Assembly (NCBI GenBank): GCA_964016885.1
Contig: OZ024754.1
Span: 29,698,001 to 29,762,000 of the forward strand
Direction of reading: 5' to 3'
Origin: Eledone cirrhosa
Taxonomy: Eukaryota
Length of the DNA stretch: 64,000 bases
Of the stretch, positions 49,600-60,913 are shown piece after piece; the stretch's first letter is position 1, and each line of letters starts with the position of its first letter. A program made the position numbers and the translations under genes. The notes beneath the pieces are model-generated. The model had not been told where the DNA came from. It made no database searches and saw only the letters and a list, made by a program, of their open reading frames with translations.

Positions 49600-52051
49600 T
49601 TTCTCTTTCTCTTAATTTCGAGTATATTTTTTTGACCGGCCACCTTCCTGGTGGCAAGGTTGTAAAAGAAAAGAAATTGTCATCCCTTGAATCGCAAGAA
49701 TGTTTTGCATATTTTGAAGGTGCCAGCTATCGCAGCCATTTGTAGACTATGAATTAGGGAGCTGCGCTTTTTGTCCGCAAATCCAAGTTCGGTCATACTT
49801 TGGTCCAAGCGGGTTGGTATATAACCCGTAGCACCAATAATGATGGGTATGAAGCTAAAGGTGTATCTTGGATACTGGATTTGTAAGCTCCTCATCAATG
49901 GTCCGTAGATGTCCTCCTTCTCCTGTATTTTTCTGACAACGTTTACATCAAGTGGGCAGCTGATCTCCACAACAGAACACGTTTTCAATGTGTGGTCCCA
50001 AACTACAATATCAGGCCGGTTGTGCTTTAATTTGGTGGCAGTTTTTATTTTCAGGTTCCACCAGTATTCCTTAGTGCCATCTGTCTCAATATATTCTTCC
50101 TCGTTTGTTGTTAATTTTGTTTTCCGAAGTGCGTTCCAGATAGTTCTAGCTATCCCATCGTGTCTCATGGGGAGGTAGTAGCGAGATGACATTCTTTCGC
50201 AGCTGGCAACAATGTGGCTTACATTCTCGATCTTTGTTTTACATAGCCTACATTTATTGTCAGCTGCTGGCCCTCCTCTTTTGTGCAGCAGATATTTGGT
50301 AGGGAGTTCTTGTTCCTGTATTGCATAGAGATATCCCTCAAGGTGTGATGTCATAAACTTGTCGGAACTCCATGCCAGGCTTTTTGAGTGGTTTATCCCC
50401 TCTATGGTCTGTGTTTTACGCCTCAAGTATCCATGCACAACTTTCTCTGTAAATTGGTCAATTTTTTTTTCTTGTTTGAACATTGAATAGGATCTTCCGA
50501 TTTCTCTGGGTGAGAGATTTATATCAGGCTTTATTCCATATCTCTCCTCCAGATCAGTCGCTATTCTAATGATATTTCTTTTTTCATGCTCATAAACCTG
50601 AGCAAGATGGTCGCCAACCTTTTTCCTCTGTTGAAGGTGTTGCTTCAGTGTTACTATCCAGGTCTCATATGTTGTTAATATTGATTTTAGACCCCGGCCA
50701 CCTTCCTTGCGTGAGAAGTATAGCCTATCCACATCACCATTGATGTTAAAGTTCCCAGTAACACTGAGAAGTTTTCGAGTTCTAACATCCATCTCACTTA
50801 GTTCTTGCAATGACCAGTTCAGTAGGCCAAATGTTGGCGTTAGAATTGGCACAGCATAGGTATTGTGGGCAATGTATTTGTTGTATGCTGACAGTTCTGA
50901 TGACCATATTTTTTTTACTCTTCTGAGGTATTCAGTTCTGGTTCTCTCCTTATTTATGGGTCCATCATATCTGACATTCTCATCCTGTCCAATATATCTG
51001 TAGTTGTCACCTGACTGCAGAGGTTGTATTGTCAGGCCGTTCATATCTAGATTTCTAGAGGAGGGCACAGCTCTTCCACGTTTTACTGCCAAATATGCAC
51101 ACTTGGACTCACCAAATTTCATTTTGATGTCGGTTGAAAATTGTGTAATGAGGTCCAATTGTTTCTTGATGTCATTGATATTTGGCCCATACAACTTCAG
51201 GTCATCAACAAAGAAAAGATGGGAGATACTTCTGGGCCCACTTCTTTGTCCACCTTGTTTCCTGAGTAGGTAAGATAGTGGATTCAGTGAGAGAACAAAG
51301 AGTAGTACTGACAAGCTATCACCCTGAAAGATGCCCTTCTGGTAATGTATCCTATCAGTCTTAACCTGCTCCTTCTCACCTCTAAGGATCAAATTGGTGT
51401 ACCAGTTCTTGGTCAGGCGTTCAACAGCAGCTACTAATGGTTGTGGGACTTTAGCTAACTGTAAAGCCTTAATAATCCACCCATGAGGTACACTATCAAA
51501 TGCTTTTTGATAGTCCAGCCACACGACAGTCATGTTTCTGCGATTCTTTGTTGTTTTTTCCTGAATCATTTTGTTAGTTAGTAGGTGATCTATGCAACCC
51601 CACACCTCCCTCTTTCCACCAGCTTGCTCAGGTGTTATGATGTTGTTGGTAGCACAGTGATCCTGTAAGAACAGGTTAAGGCACCCAGTATATAATTTAT
51701 ACATGATGTTTTGGCAGGCAATTGGGCGGTAATTTTTAGCAAGGGTGGTTTGGCTATTTTGGGGAATGAGGAGAGTAGTGGCAGTTGATAACCATCTGGG
51801 CAGTTCTTGTGTGCCCTTAATGGTTTCTGTAAACAGCCGTATGAGATCTTGCCGATAGAAAGTGAAATTCTTCAACCAGTATCCTGTAATGAGGTCTGGG
51901 CCTGGCGATTTCCTATTCGACATTTTCTGTAGAGCTGTTTCCAGTATTGACCCATCTATGTCATATTGTTTTGTCTGGACATGTTGGCAGTAGTCCTGTT
52001 CCAGTTGTTTTAGCCAATTAGCTTGTCTGTTGAATCAATTAGCTTGTCTGT
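49600..52051 (-). mobile_element. R4/Dong-clade family C, 5'-truncated, inserted in (TACA)n
   Basis: (ATGT)n on both sides (49547-49599 and 52051-52215); ~80-bp 3' UTR. Confidence 0.93.
49680..51923 (-). CDS. Dong family C RT, CCHC finger and restriction-like endonuclease (uninterrupted, N-terminally truncated)
   Basis: KSPGPD, NYRPIACQN, WLDYQKAFD, GIFQGDSLS, FFVDDLK, CRLCKTKIENVSHIVASC, RHD, RPDIVV...EISCP...KEDIY. The frame stays open upstream to the junction ([14 protein letters not shown]). Confidence 0.93.
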   Translation of the reverse strand: MSNRKSPGPDLITGYWLKNFTFYRQDLIRLFTETIKGTQELPRWLSTATTLLIPQNSQTTLAKNYRPIACQNIMYKLYTGCLNLFLQDHCATNNIITPEQAGGKREVWGCIDHLLTNKMIQEKTTKNRRNMTVVWLDYQKAFDSVPHGWIIKALQLAKVPQPLVAAVERLTKNWYTNLILRGEKEQVKTDRIHYQKGIFQGDSLSVLLFVLSLNPLSYLLRKQGGQRSGPRSISHLFFVDDLKLYGPNINDIKKQLDLITQFSTDIKMKFGESKCAYLAVKRGRAVPSSRNLDMNGLTIQPLQSGDNYRYIGQDENVRYDGPINKERTRTEYLRRVKKIWSSELSAYNKYIAHNTYAVPILTPTFGLLNWSLQELSEMDVRTRKLLSVTGNFNINGDVDRLYFSRKEGGRGLKSILTTYETWIVTLKQHLQQRKKVGDHLAQVYEHEKRNIIRIATDLEERYGIKPDINLSPREIGRSYSMFKQEKKIDQFTEKVVHGYLRRKTQTIEGINHSKSLAWSSDKFMTSHLEGYLYAIQEQELPTKYLLHKRGGPAADNKCRLCKTKIENVSHIVASCERMSSRYYLPMRHDGIARTIWNALRKTKLTTNEEEYIETDGTKEYWWNLKIKTATKLKHNRPDIVVWDHTLKTCSVVEISCPLDVNVVRKIQEKEDIYGPLMRSLQIQYPRYTFSFIPIIIGATGYIPTRLDQSMTELGFADKKRSSLIHSLQMAAIAGTFKICKTFLRFKG

Positions 52052-52247
52052 ATGTATGTATGTATGTATGTATGTATGTATGTATGTATGTATGTATGTA
52101 TGTATGTATGTATGTACGTATGTATGTATGCATATATGTATGTATGTATGTATGTATGCATGCATGTATGTATGTATGTATGTATGTATGTATGTATGTA
52201 TGTATGTATGTATGTATATACACACACACATATATATATATATATAT

Positions 52248-52285
<38 letters not shown>

Positions 52286-52295
52286 GTATCTATAA

Positions 52296-52350
<55 letters not shown>

Positions 52351-52530
52351 AATATATATATAAATATATAAATATACATAAATATATACATATATGTATA
52401 TATATATATGTATATATATAAATATACATATATATATATATACATATATATATGTATATATATATATATGTATATATATAAATATATGTATATATATATG
52501 CATATATATATATGTATGCATATGTATATA

Positions 52531-52777
<247 letters not shown>

Positions 52778-52823
52778 TATATATATATATATATATATTT
52801 GTATATATATATATATATATATT

Positions 52824-52861
<38 letters not shown>

Positions 52862-53469
52862 CTGAAATATGATAAATGTACTTGCCTAGATAGATATTTA
52901 CATTGAAGAAGAATGCGTTTGAAATTGCGCCCAAGAAATATTGAAAGGAGTAAGCACGAAATGAACGAGACATTCATGAAGGGAGGGAAGCTATTACACA
53001 GTTGGAGCAGAAGCTTTTGAAAAGATTAACTACTTCATGGTAAATAGAAACGGCTATGATAAATACGAATGAAGGTTGTTAACGAAATATATCGTTTGTG
53101 TCAGTCGTTAGAAATACATCTTTCAACAGAGGACATTTCCAAAACCAATTCATTTGTCATAGAGTAATAAATAAAACTTAAACCGAACTGAAACAAATGT
53201 ATTACCAAATGAAGCCAGTAAATTAATTGTTTAATTAAATAAGATCAGCCTGAATTTATTTTTTTTTAAATGCCTGTTTTGATGACGCAATAGTAAAATA
53301 TTGGACTTGATATGAAACAACATCTTATTTAGTCTGTGTGTTAAAATCTTGGTGGTGTGGATTGACAGTATCGGTAGAGGGTCAGACGCCATGCTTTGCA
53401 GCATAGAGTATATATATATATATATATACTTAAAGCCCTTTAATTGTATATATATATATATCCTGTGAA

Positions 53470-53585
53470 GGCGTGTGGCTGAGTGGTTAGAGAATTGGAT
53501 TCACAATCTTGAGATTGTGAGTTCGATTCCTGGACCGGGCGATGCGTTATGTCCTTGAGCAAGACACTTTATTTCACGTTGCTCC
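53470..53585 (+). mobile_element. tRNA-derived SINE with a CORE-like segment
   Basis: A-box TGGCTGAGTGG, B-box GTTCGATTCC, then GTCCTTGAGCAAGACACTTTA. Confidence 0.8.
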
Positions 53586-53771
53586 TTCTACCTGGAGTTG
53601 CGACCGATAGATAGTATTAGCAACTGGAAAGACCGACGAAACCATTGTTTCCTCGGTCCGATTTGACGAAAGTCGATCGATAAGAATATATATCCTGTAA
53701 TATTTTGGGACGGTCATGCTGCCAGCAAAACACAAGCACTAGCTGTACTTCACTTTCGTTTTATTATTAGT

Positions 53772-53960
53772 CCGGTAGTTTGGCAGTAATGGTAGAGCGT
53801 CAGACACCATGCTTTGAAGCATAGAGTTATGGCCCTTTACGTTCTGAGTTCAAATCCCGCCAAGTTTAACTTTGCCTTTCTTCATTACGGGGTCGATAAA
53901 ATAAAGCACCAGTAATGCACTGGGGTAATTGCTGGCCTTGTGCCATAAGTAGAAACAATT
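53772..53960 (+). mobile_element. SINE (same family as 47900); a 5' fragment also lies at 53351-53409
   Basis: TGGCAGTAATGGTAGAGCG...GAGTTCAAATCCCGCC...GGGGTCGATAAAATAAAGCACCAG. Confidence 0.78.
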
Positions 53961-55501
53961 ATATCATTATTCAGAGTTATCAAATGTAAGTCTGTTCTTC
54001 AATGCTTACACGGGTTGGATGAACCACATTACTTATTATGGTGCAATGGTCGTTACGTGATTGACAATTACAAACTCCACCCACTTACTGAACAGGATAC
54101 TAATCTGCCACAGGATTAACACACAGATACTCCGTTTTTAGCTGAGCGAACTGGAGCAACGTGAAAGTACATTACTCAAAGACTCATTGCGTCTGGGTAT
54201 CAAACCTACGATATGATCTTCAGGGCAGTATTCTAACCGTTAAACCGTTAAAGCGACGTTTCTTCCATATCCTTTTACAATTGATATAATAAATTATTTT
54301 CATGGAAAGGCATTCATTTAAAAGATTCTTTCGCTTCCCATAACATATATAACTCTCTTTCAAAACTGGCATTTGTTAATATCATCGTCATTGTTCCTGT
54401 ATGGACGGATTTGGAACACTCGAGAGCTGGACTAGGCTCCATACGATACTTAGTTTGAAACTGAAGTATCTGTGTTGAAGTAAACCTAATGAAACACGGT
54501 GATCATGCTGCTAAACTGACATTTCGAGAGTATTTATGATCCTTTTTATCAGTCATAAAAATATATACTATAAGACACTTTGGTTTAACCAGTAACGGCT
54601 CAGCTTAAGATATATATCATTGTCCCATTAAGAAATAACAAATCCTGGTTGTTGTTATTGTTAATAGTAAAGAGAATTAATGTAAGAGAACATTAGCGTC
54701 AAAGTTGTAGATATTTATAGCAATGTGTATTTAATAAGTAATTCATCAACATAAATAAAAGCACGTAGCCTAATCTGTATTGGATTTGCTATAAGTCTGT
54801 GATGTTTATTTATGAACCGGGTGACGTATTGCGTCCTTGGGCATATTTCATTACACGTTGCTTAGGACTGGGGGTCCTATCACATGCGACCTCAGCTATG
54901 ATTCAATCTTATAGGAGGCCAACTAGACCTACATAGGTGAAGTCTGTAAGAAATTCAGGGTGATAGAATCCGAGAAACCTCCTATGAGATGCAAATAGGC
55001 AGGAGCAGTAAATTTCATCAATTCAAGTGCAGTCTCGAGTACCATGGTTATATATAAGCAACATTATATGAAGTCAGCAACAACAAAGATATAATTCAGC
55101 CGGTTAAAACTAATTACTCAGAAGACATTTTAGTTAATGAAAGAAATCATGTGATCAATTTCAATAAGTTTTAATTGAAATAGTTTGACAAAATTCAGGG
55201 ATGGTACTAGACAGATTGTCTAAAGTTTATTGTATAAAGTTCGAAAAGTAAAACAATTTATCTACAAGAATTTAAATTAATGGATTATATTCCTTAATAA
55301 ACAATACTTTTTAAAAGGATGGACAAGTAGCTATAATAAGTTGCCGCTGTTAATGTTTCGCCCCAGGATTTAGTCTATCATATCGACACCAGAACATATT
55401 TTCAAAACGAATCGCTACTTTACAGGATATAAACAGAGACAACATGCAAATATAAACACAGGCCAGACAGACAGCTACACATAAACATTTCCTTATACAC
55501 A

Positions 55502-55618
<117 letters not shown>

Positions 55619-55740
55619 GGGGGGGTTATGTGTGTGTGTGTTGTAGTTTACTTGAAAGATTGTTGAATAGGAAATATAAATTTTAATAATTTTCTAATGT
55701 ATTGTATGGCGTTTAAAATTATTTAAATTTATATATATTA

Positions 55741-55816
<76 letters not shown>

Positions 55817-55882
55817 TAAAATAACAGATTAAAGTTTAAGCAAAGAATCGCTGCTTTCACCCTTATTATTAAAATTTATATT

Positions 55883-56288
55883 TACCTATCCGGGAAATGC
55901 CTCTCTAGTAACATTGTCTACAAATGTAAGGTTGAAACACCCACGTCCCGTAGGGCCTACATAGGGTTAACCGCCAATAGATTCAAGCAGCGTCTTTACA
56001 TGCATACCCATTCTTTTCGTTATCCTCTAAGAAGGAATATGACGTCACTTTCAGCTTATATCTGGAGTCGAAAAGACAACCACACCCAATATAAGTTACA
56101 CTGGGAGATCCTAGCTAGGGCTAGATCGTATAACGGAAATAAAAGACCATGTGACCTCTGAGGCCCTGGAAATACTCTACGCAACAGACCACATCTTAAA
56201 CAAAAAATCTGAGGCAATTTCGGCTTGTAAACATAAATTGCACAAAACTTTCCTGTATTACAGCCCCACATTATACCCTAACGGATAG
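55883..56288 (+). pseudogene. GIY-YIG endonuclease C-terminal domain of Naiad-type PLE (not in the ORF track)
   Basis: Manual translation: YLSGKCLSSNIVYKCKV...AYIGLTANRFKQRLYMHTHSF...TSLSAYIW...LHWEILARARSY...CDL, then a frameshift, then EALEIL...LNKKSEAISACKHK...*. Confidence 0.85.
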
Positions 56289-56879
56289 TACGATCTATAT
56301 GTGGATATTTTACGTCTTGATGTGGTAGTTAAGTATATGTTATGTTTATACCATTACTTATTTGCATAGGTAAGTATATATTACCTGTATGTTTTGTGAA
56401 GGTACGTATACTTTCTCGTACGTATATTTGATTGTATATGTTATGGCGTATAATTTTATATATTCTGGTACATATGGTTTGGTTATGTGTATACGGGAGT
56501 TTTGCGTCTGTGTGAGTATGCTGGTTCGTACGTATGTAGGGTGTGTGTATATGTGTACTTCATGTTTTGGTTGACGTACGTCTCCGAACATTTGTGTATT
56601 TACATGTAGGTATGTGTGTGCGCTTGTTATATACGTATTTATTTATTTATATACGTTTATTTAATTATTTATTTATTTGTATACACGCACACACACACAT
56701 ATTTATATGTGCGTGGTTTTGTATACCTATGGCAAGTGTTTTCGCGTATGCTTGTGTATGTACGTATTTTCTTGCGTGTATGTATTTATTTAATTTCTAT
56801 TACCTCTGTATTGTATTTTATTTACTTTATTCTTAACTCTGAAGCGGAGATTAATTCGGTTTCCTAGTTAGAATTTTAT

Positions 56880-57142
56880 TCTACGACTTCAGCTATACCA
56901 TTTACGTGGTTTTGTCTTTGCGTACAATTGTTCTCTACGCTCCACATATGACGTATTATCTTCGTTTTTTCCGTTCATTGCCAGAGAACGTCTCTATGAA
57001 CCACCTAAGAGAACATTAGTCTACGACTTCTTTTATACCATAAACGTCGTTCTGTCTTTGCGTGTAATTGGTTTTGACCGCTCCTATTAATGACGTATTA
57101 TATTCGTTTTTTCCCGTTCTTTGCCAGGGAACGTTTCCACGA
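56880..57142 (+). repeat. Two diverged ~140-bp tandem units within the PLE-2 3' region
   Basis: CTACGACTTC...TGTCTTTGCGT...ATGACGTATTAT.TTCGTTTTTTCC...TTGCCAG.GAACGT at 56881 and 57021. Confidence 0.85.
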
Positions 57143-57370
57143 ACGAAAGTATCGTCTTCCTGTCTTCCTCCAGGTGTAACGTTTTTTGAAATATCCACTT
57201 CGGCGTTTACAGATTGACTTTGTTAGTTTCAGAAGATCCCGTCAGCGATTCTTTGCTTAAATTTTAATCTGTTATTTTAATAAATATTTGCTCTACGGTT
57301 CTTATATATTTGATATATATTTATCCTTATCGAGCCCTCTTTGGATTTTAGTCTTTAAATTTATTATTAT

Positions 57371-57484
<114 letters not shown>

Positions 57485-57488
57485 ATAT

Positions 57489-57795
57489 TAGAAAATGAAA
57501 GTTTTTTTCAAATTGAAAGAAAAGACGAGATGTCCTACAGGAGTGAAAGTATAAGGAAAGAAGATGAAATCGAAAATGCAACTGGAGCCTTTTTAAAAAT
57601 ACTTATTTGGTTCCTTTATCGGTTTCACAGGACGGAGGGTTTGTAGTTTTTCTCGCATCTGCGAGAAAAACCACAAACCCTCCATCTCAATTCTACTTTT
57701 GAAAAGCATAAGAACTGTGAAACTGGTAAAGGAACCAAATAAGTGTTCTTAAAAAGACTCTAGTTGCATTTTCGATTTCATCTTTTTTCCTTATA
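57489..57795. mobile_element. PLE-3: fold-back pair of pLTR ends with a decayed hammerhead
   Basis: 57551-57630 is inverted at 57715-57795, with an inner 24-bp hairpin at 57635-57684. CTT-TTGAAAA-GCA..TGT-GAAACTGGTA-AAG resembles a mutated hammerhead. Confidence 0.6.
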
Positions 57796-58277
57796 TATAT
57801 ATATATATGAGTCTCTGGTTCAATCGGGGGTAACCATAGTAAGTAAAGTACTCAATACATTAGTAGAGTATATACAAAATTTAATATAGAAATGGCTTCT
57901 ACGGGACAAGAATTGTTTCATTCGGAGGAAATCATCACTTTTAAGATTTTATTCAATATCGAACGCGACATATATTTCGCAGATGATCGGCTCACGTTCT
58001 TAACCCTCATGAAATTTCCTGTAGAATCCTTGTCGGCGTCTTCCAACTCTTTGTGACCTTTGACAAAAAACAAAAAAACAAAACCAAAGCGGTCGTGCAC
58101 CTTTCAAGAAGCAAGCAATCTCTAATTCCCTATGCTCTTTGTTTAAGGCAATGATTGCAGTGTCCCTTTTCTGAAATCTGGATGCTTTGCATCATTTATC
58201 AGAAAATAAATGATAATCAGGACAAATTAGAAAAATGTATGTTTGAGCTATTAAAAGACATACCATATATATATACC

Positions 58278-59361
58278 AGATAGAAAAATGCGTACAGCAA
58301 AAAAAAGTAATATTGTTGGAATATAAACCTTTAAAAATACAGGACAAGAAACTAAAATAAAACTTTAAAAGAATAGGACAAGAAACTAAGATAAAACTTT
58401 AAAAGAATAGGACAAGAGACTAAGATAAAACTTTAAAGAATTGGGCAAGAAATAAAAAATTTTACAATAATATTAGTGGCAAAATTTTTATTGGTAAAAA
58501 ATCGAGTTCCACATTCATAGGCTCTGGGTTCCACATTCAGAGGTCGTCGTCAGACCGGGGGGATCATTTGATCCTGGTTTGAACACCAATTGGGCCATAA
58601 CCATACCCCTATTTCATCATTCGGCGACACGCCTCATGTGTCATGCATAATGTGAATGGACCCATGGGCCCATGAGCACATATCTTGAGCAGCAGCGGAC
58701 GGTCTTGTCGTCCCGATCATCCTTGACCAACTCGTCCATCTTCTCCTTGCATCTTGTCCTTGAGTTCAAGTCCGGCAGTTCAGATGAATGCGTGCCACAG
58801 CTTTCTGGTACAGGAAGGGGGAGCAGGAGGACTGGAGGGATGACGGGACACAGAGGGAGGGAGGACCGGTCGTTGAGGGAGGTGCCGTAGTCGGTAGTCA
58901 GAGTCGACATCTTGTCCCGGTCGCCTTCTCCATCTTCGTCTGGTGTTCCGGGACCAGAAGTGCATTCTTGGAGGAGACCTGCAGCTGCATCGGCCAATTC
59001 TTCTTGCAATGGTCATTCTGACGGAGCAGAACTGCTCAGCCAACCAACCCCAACCAGAACCAACCGCTCAGGGGCAACGCACAATGAGAGCATGACAATT
59101 ATTATGCACTAATCAAGAGGAAATTGGGGCACAGCACAGGAAACGAATAAAAACATTTTGCCACTAATATTATTGTAAATTTTTTTATTTCTTGTCCAAT
59201 TCTTTAAAGTTTTTTCTTAGTTTCTTGTCCTATTCTTTTAAAGTTTTATCTTAGTTCCTTGTCCTATTCTTTTAAAGTTTTATTTTAGTTTCTTGCCTGT
59301 ATTTTTAAAGGTTTATATTCCAACAATATTACTTTTTTTTGCTGTACGCATTTTTCTATCT
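58278..59361. repeat. ~215-bp inverted repeats (58278-58493 / 59146-59361), each with ~3.5 copies of a ~33-bp unit
   Basis: AGATAGAAAAATGCGTACAGC...GGACAAGAAACTAAGATAAAACTTTAAAAGAATA repeats, mirrored on the right. Confidence 0.93.
58641..59009 (-). CDS. GC-rich exon-like ORF, acidic N-terminal part, possible degenerate PHD-type finger
   Basis: RCKEKMD...TVRCCSRYVLMGPWVHSHY loosely resembles C..C..WVH..C. A candidate acceptor CTCCGTCAG lies upstream. Confidence 0.3.
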   Translation of the reverse strand: MQEELADAAAGLLQECTSGPGTPDEDGEGDRDKMSTLTTDYGTSLNDRSSLPLCPVIPPVLLLPLPVPESCGTHSSELPDLNSRTRCKEKMDELVKDDRDDKTVRCCSRYVLMGPWVHSHYA

Positions 59362-59637
59362 AGTCTACTATTTTTTAAGGGAATGCAAGCAACAACTATC
59401 TAATAATTAAATGATCATAGTGAATTACTGACAAGTGATTGATATTTTAAAGTTCTTTTGAGTATAATTGCAATCTAGTTGAGGCAACTGGCTTAATGAC
59501 AAAGCTAGAAAATCATGAATGTATTTGAGATGATTAGTGCATAATAGTGAATTGGTGAAACTTGTGCATTTCAATGGTGTTACAGCAATAGATGTAAGTT
59601 ATATAGTAGTAATACTTTATCATTTTAACTTTTTAGA

Positions 59638-59997
59638 ATGGACAAAAACCCATGCAAAGAAATGACTTTGACTGCAGTGATTCTCTCCAATTTACTTACA
59701 AAGCAAAACGTGGTCAAATACCTTATCATCTCTGATAAAATGCCCATTGAATCACTGAAAATCGGATGCATGGAATTCCTCATAAAATGCACCTATGAAT
59801 CGGAAGCCATCACATATATCAATGGATATAGGGAGTTGTTCACACTGGAAGACCATCACTTCATTTGTGACTTCATCAGTTATCTCCACAATTATCTCAG
59901 ACACCCAATGCCATTGATGAGAGGTGATCCAATGTGTGAGCATGTAACTAATCTTATAGAAGTTGTTATCGACCACCTGGCTTTTAGTGACATTTGA
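59638..59997 (+). CDS. 119-aa protein with a BACK/SPOP-C-terminal-like helical motif
   Basis: ATG-to-stop ORF. ILSNLLTKQNVVKYLIISDKMPIESLKIGCMEFL fits the pattern L..L...NV...L..AD......LK..C..FI. Preceded by GTAAGT...TTTTAG (59594-59636). Confidence 0.5.
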   Translation: MDKNPCKEMTLTAVILSNLLTKQNVVKYLIISDKMPIESLKIGCMEFLIKCTYESEAITYINGYRELFTLEDHHFICDFISYLHNYLRHPMPLMRGDPMCEHVTNLIEVVIDHLAFSDI

Positions 59998-60177
59998 CTG
60001 ATTTGACTGATAATGATGTATTTTTAAAAAGTATGTGTACATTCTTGTTACTATTTTAAGGCAATGCAAGCAACAACTATTTAATAAAATTTAAATTTAA
60101 AAATGACCATTGTGCATTACTAGTATGATGGCATTTTATTAAGTCACAAAATTAGTCAGTCAGCCATAGAACAAGGA

Positions 60178-60913
60178 TCAGGTGGCAAGTACATTGGCAA
60201 AAATGTGTGTCAATTTAAGATTTCCAACATTGTTCAAATGAATCATATCTGGTTTGAAATCAGATTTGTCAAATTTTGACCAATTTTCAATGTTGTGAAG
60301 ATTGGGCAAGTTCAATTTTTGAATCATTTCTTTCATGCAGTAATTAAACTTTTCCAAACGAGAATTTCTCTTGCCCAAGTCATTTTTATTTTCAATTACA
60401 CTTTGTGGACGTGGAATGACACCACTGTAGAAAATGGGTGTACAGTGGTGCTTTTCCGCTATTTTCTGTAGCCTTTCAAAGAGACTCTTCCCCTGTTTTT
60501 CCGGTTTTGGGCCTCGAATGGGCACTTTGTCCTTAATTTACAAATAAATGATTAATAAAAAAATACTTGGGCAAAAATTATTGTATTAATTTGCACAGCT
60601 TTGTAGTGCCAACGGTGCGACGAGGATTCAGATCATTAGAGCCGACATGAACCACCAATACTTTCACAAAAGGACAACAGATAACAATGTTGGCGATTAA
60701 CATTACCTGGCCCTGATACAAAATATCTAAGTATTTTTGTTGATATGATAAGTAAATACATTTGAATTAATATTTTTATACCTTCTGGTCATTCGATTTC
60801 GCCACATTTCTAATTATGGATTTGTAAAAACTGGCATGAATGTGAATTTGATCAGTCCAATTGCCCGATTTTAGTGAAAAGTTTTGATTTGAAATGGAAA
60901 TACTCCGTGCCAT
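60178..60913 (-). pseudogene. SGNH/GDSL hydrolase gene in three blocks separated by ~65-70-nt AT-rich intron-like gaps
   Basis: Block I-like FYKSIIRNV (exon from ATG 60913 to 60782, GT at 60781). Block III VLVVHVGSNDL (~60630-60662). YSGVIPR and block V DMIHLNNVG lie in ORF 60178..60525. Frames do not splice cleanly. Confidence 0.7.

Noticed and set aside
53470-53545. tRNA gene
   Set aside because: A and B boxes are present, but the cloverleaf is imperfect and it continues into SINE body sequence.
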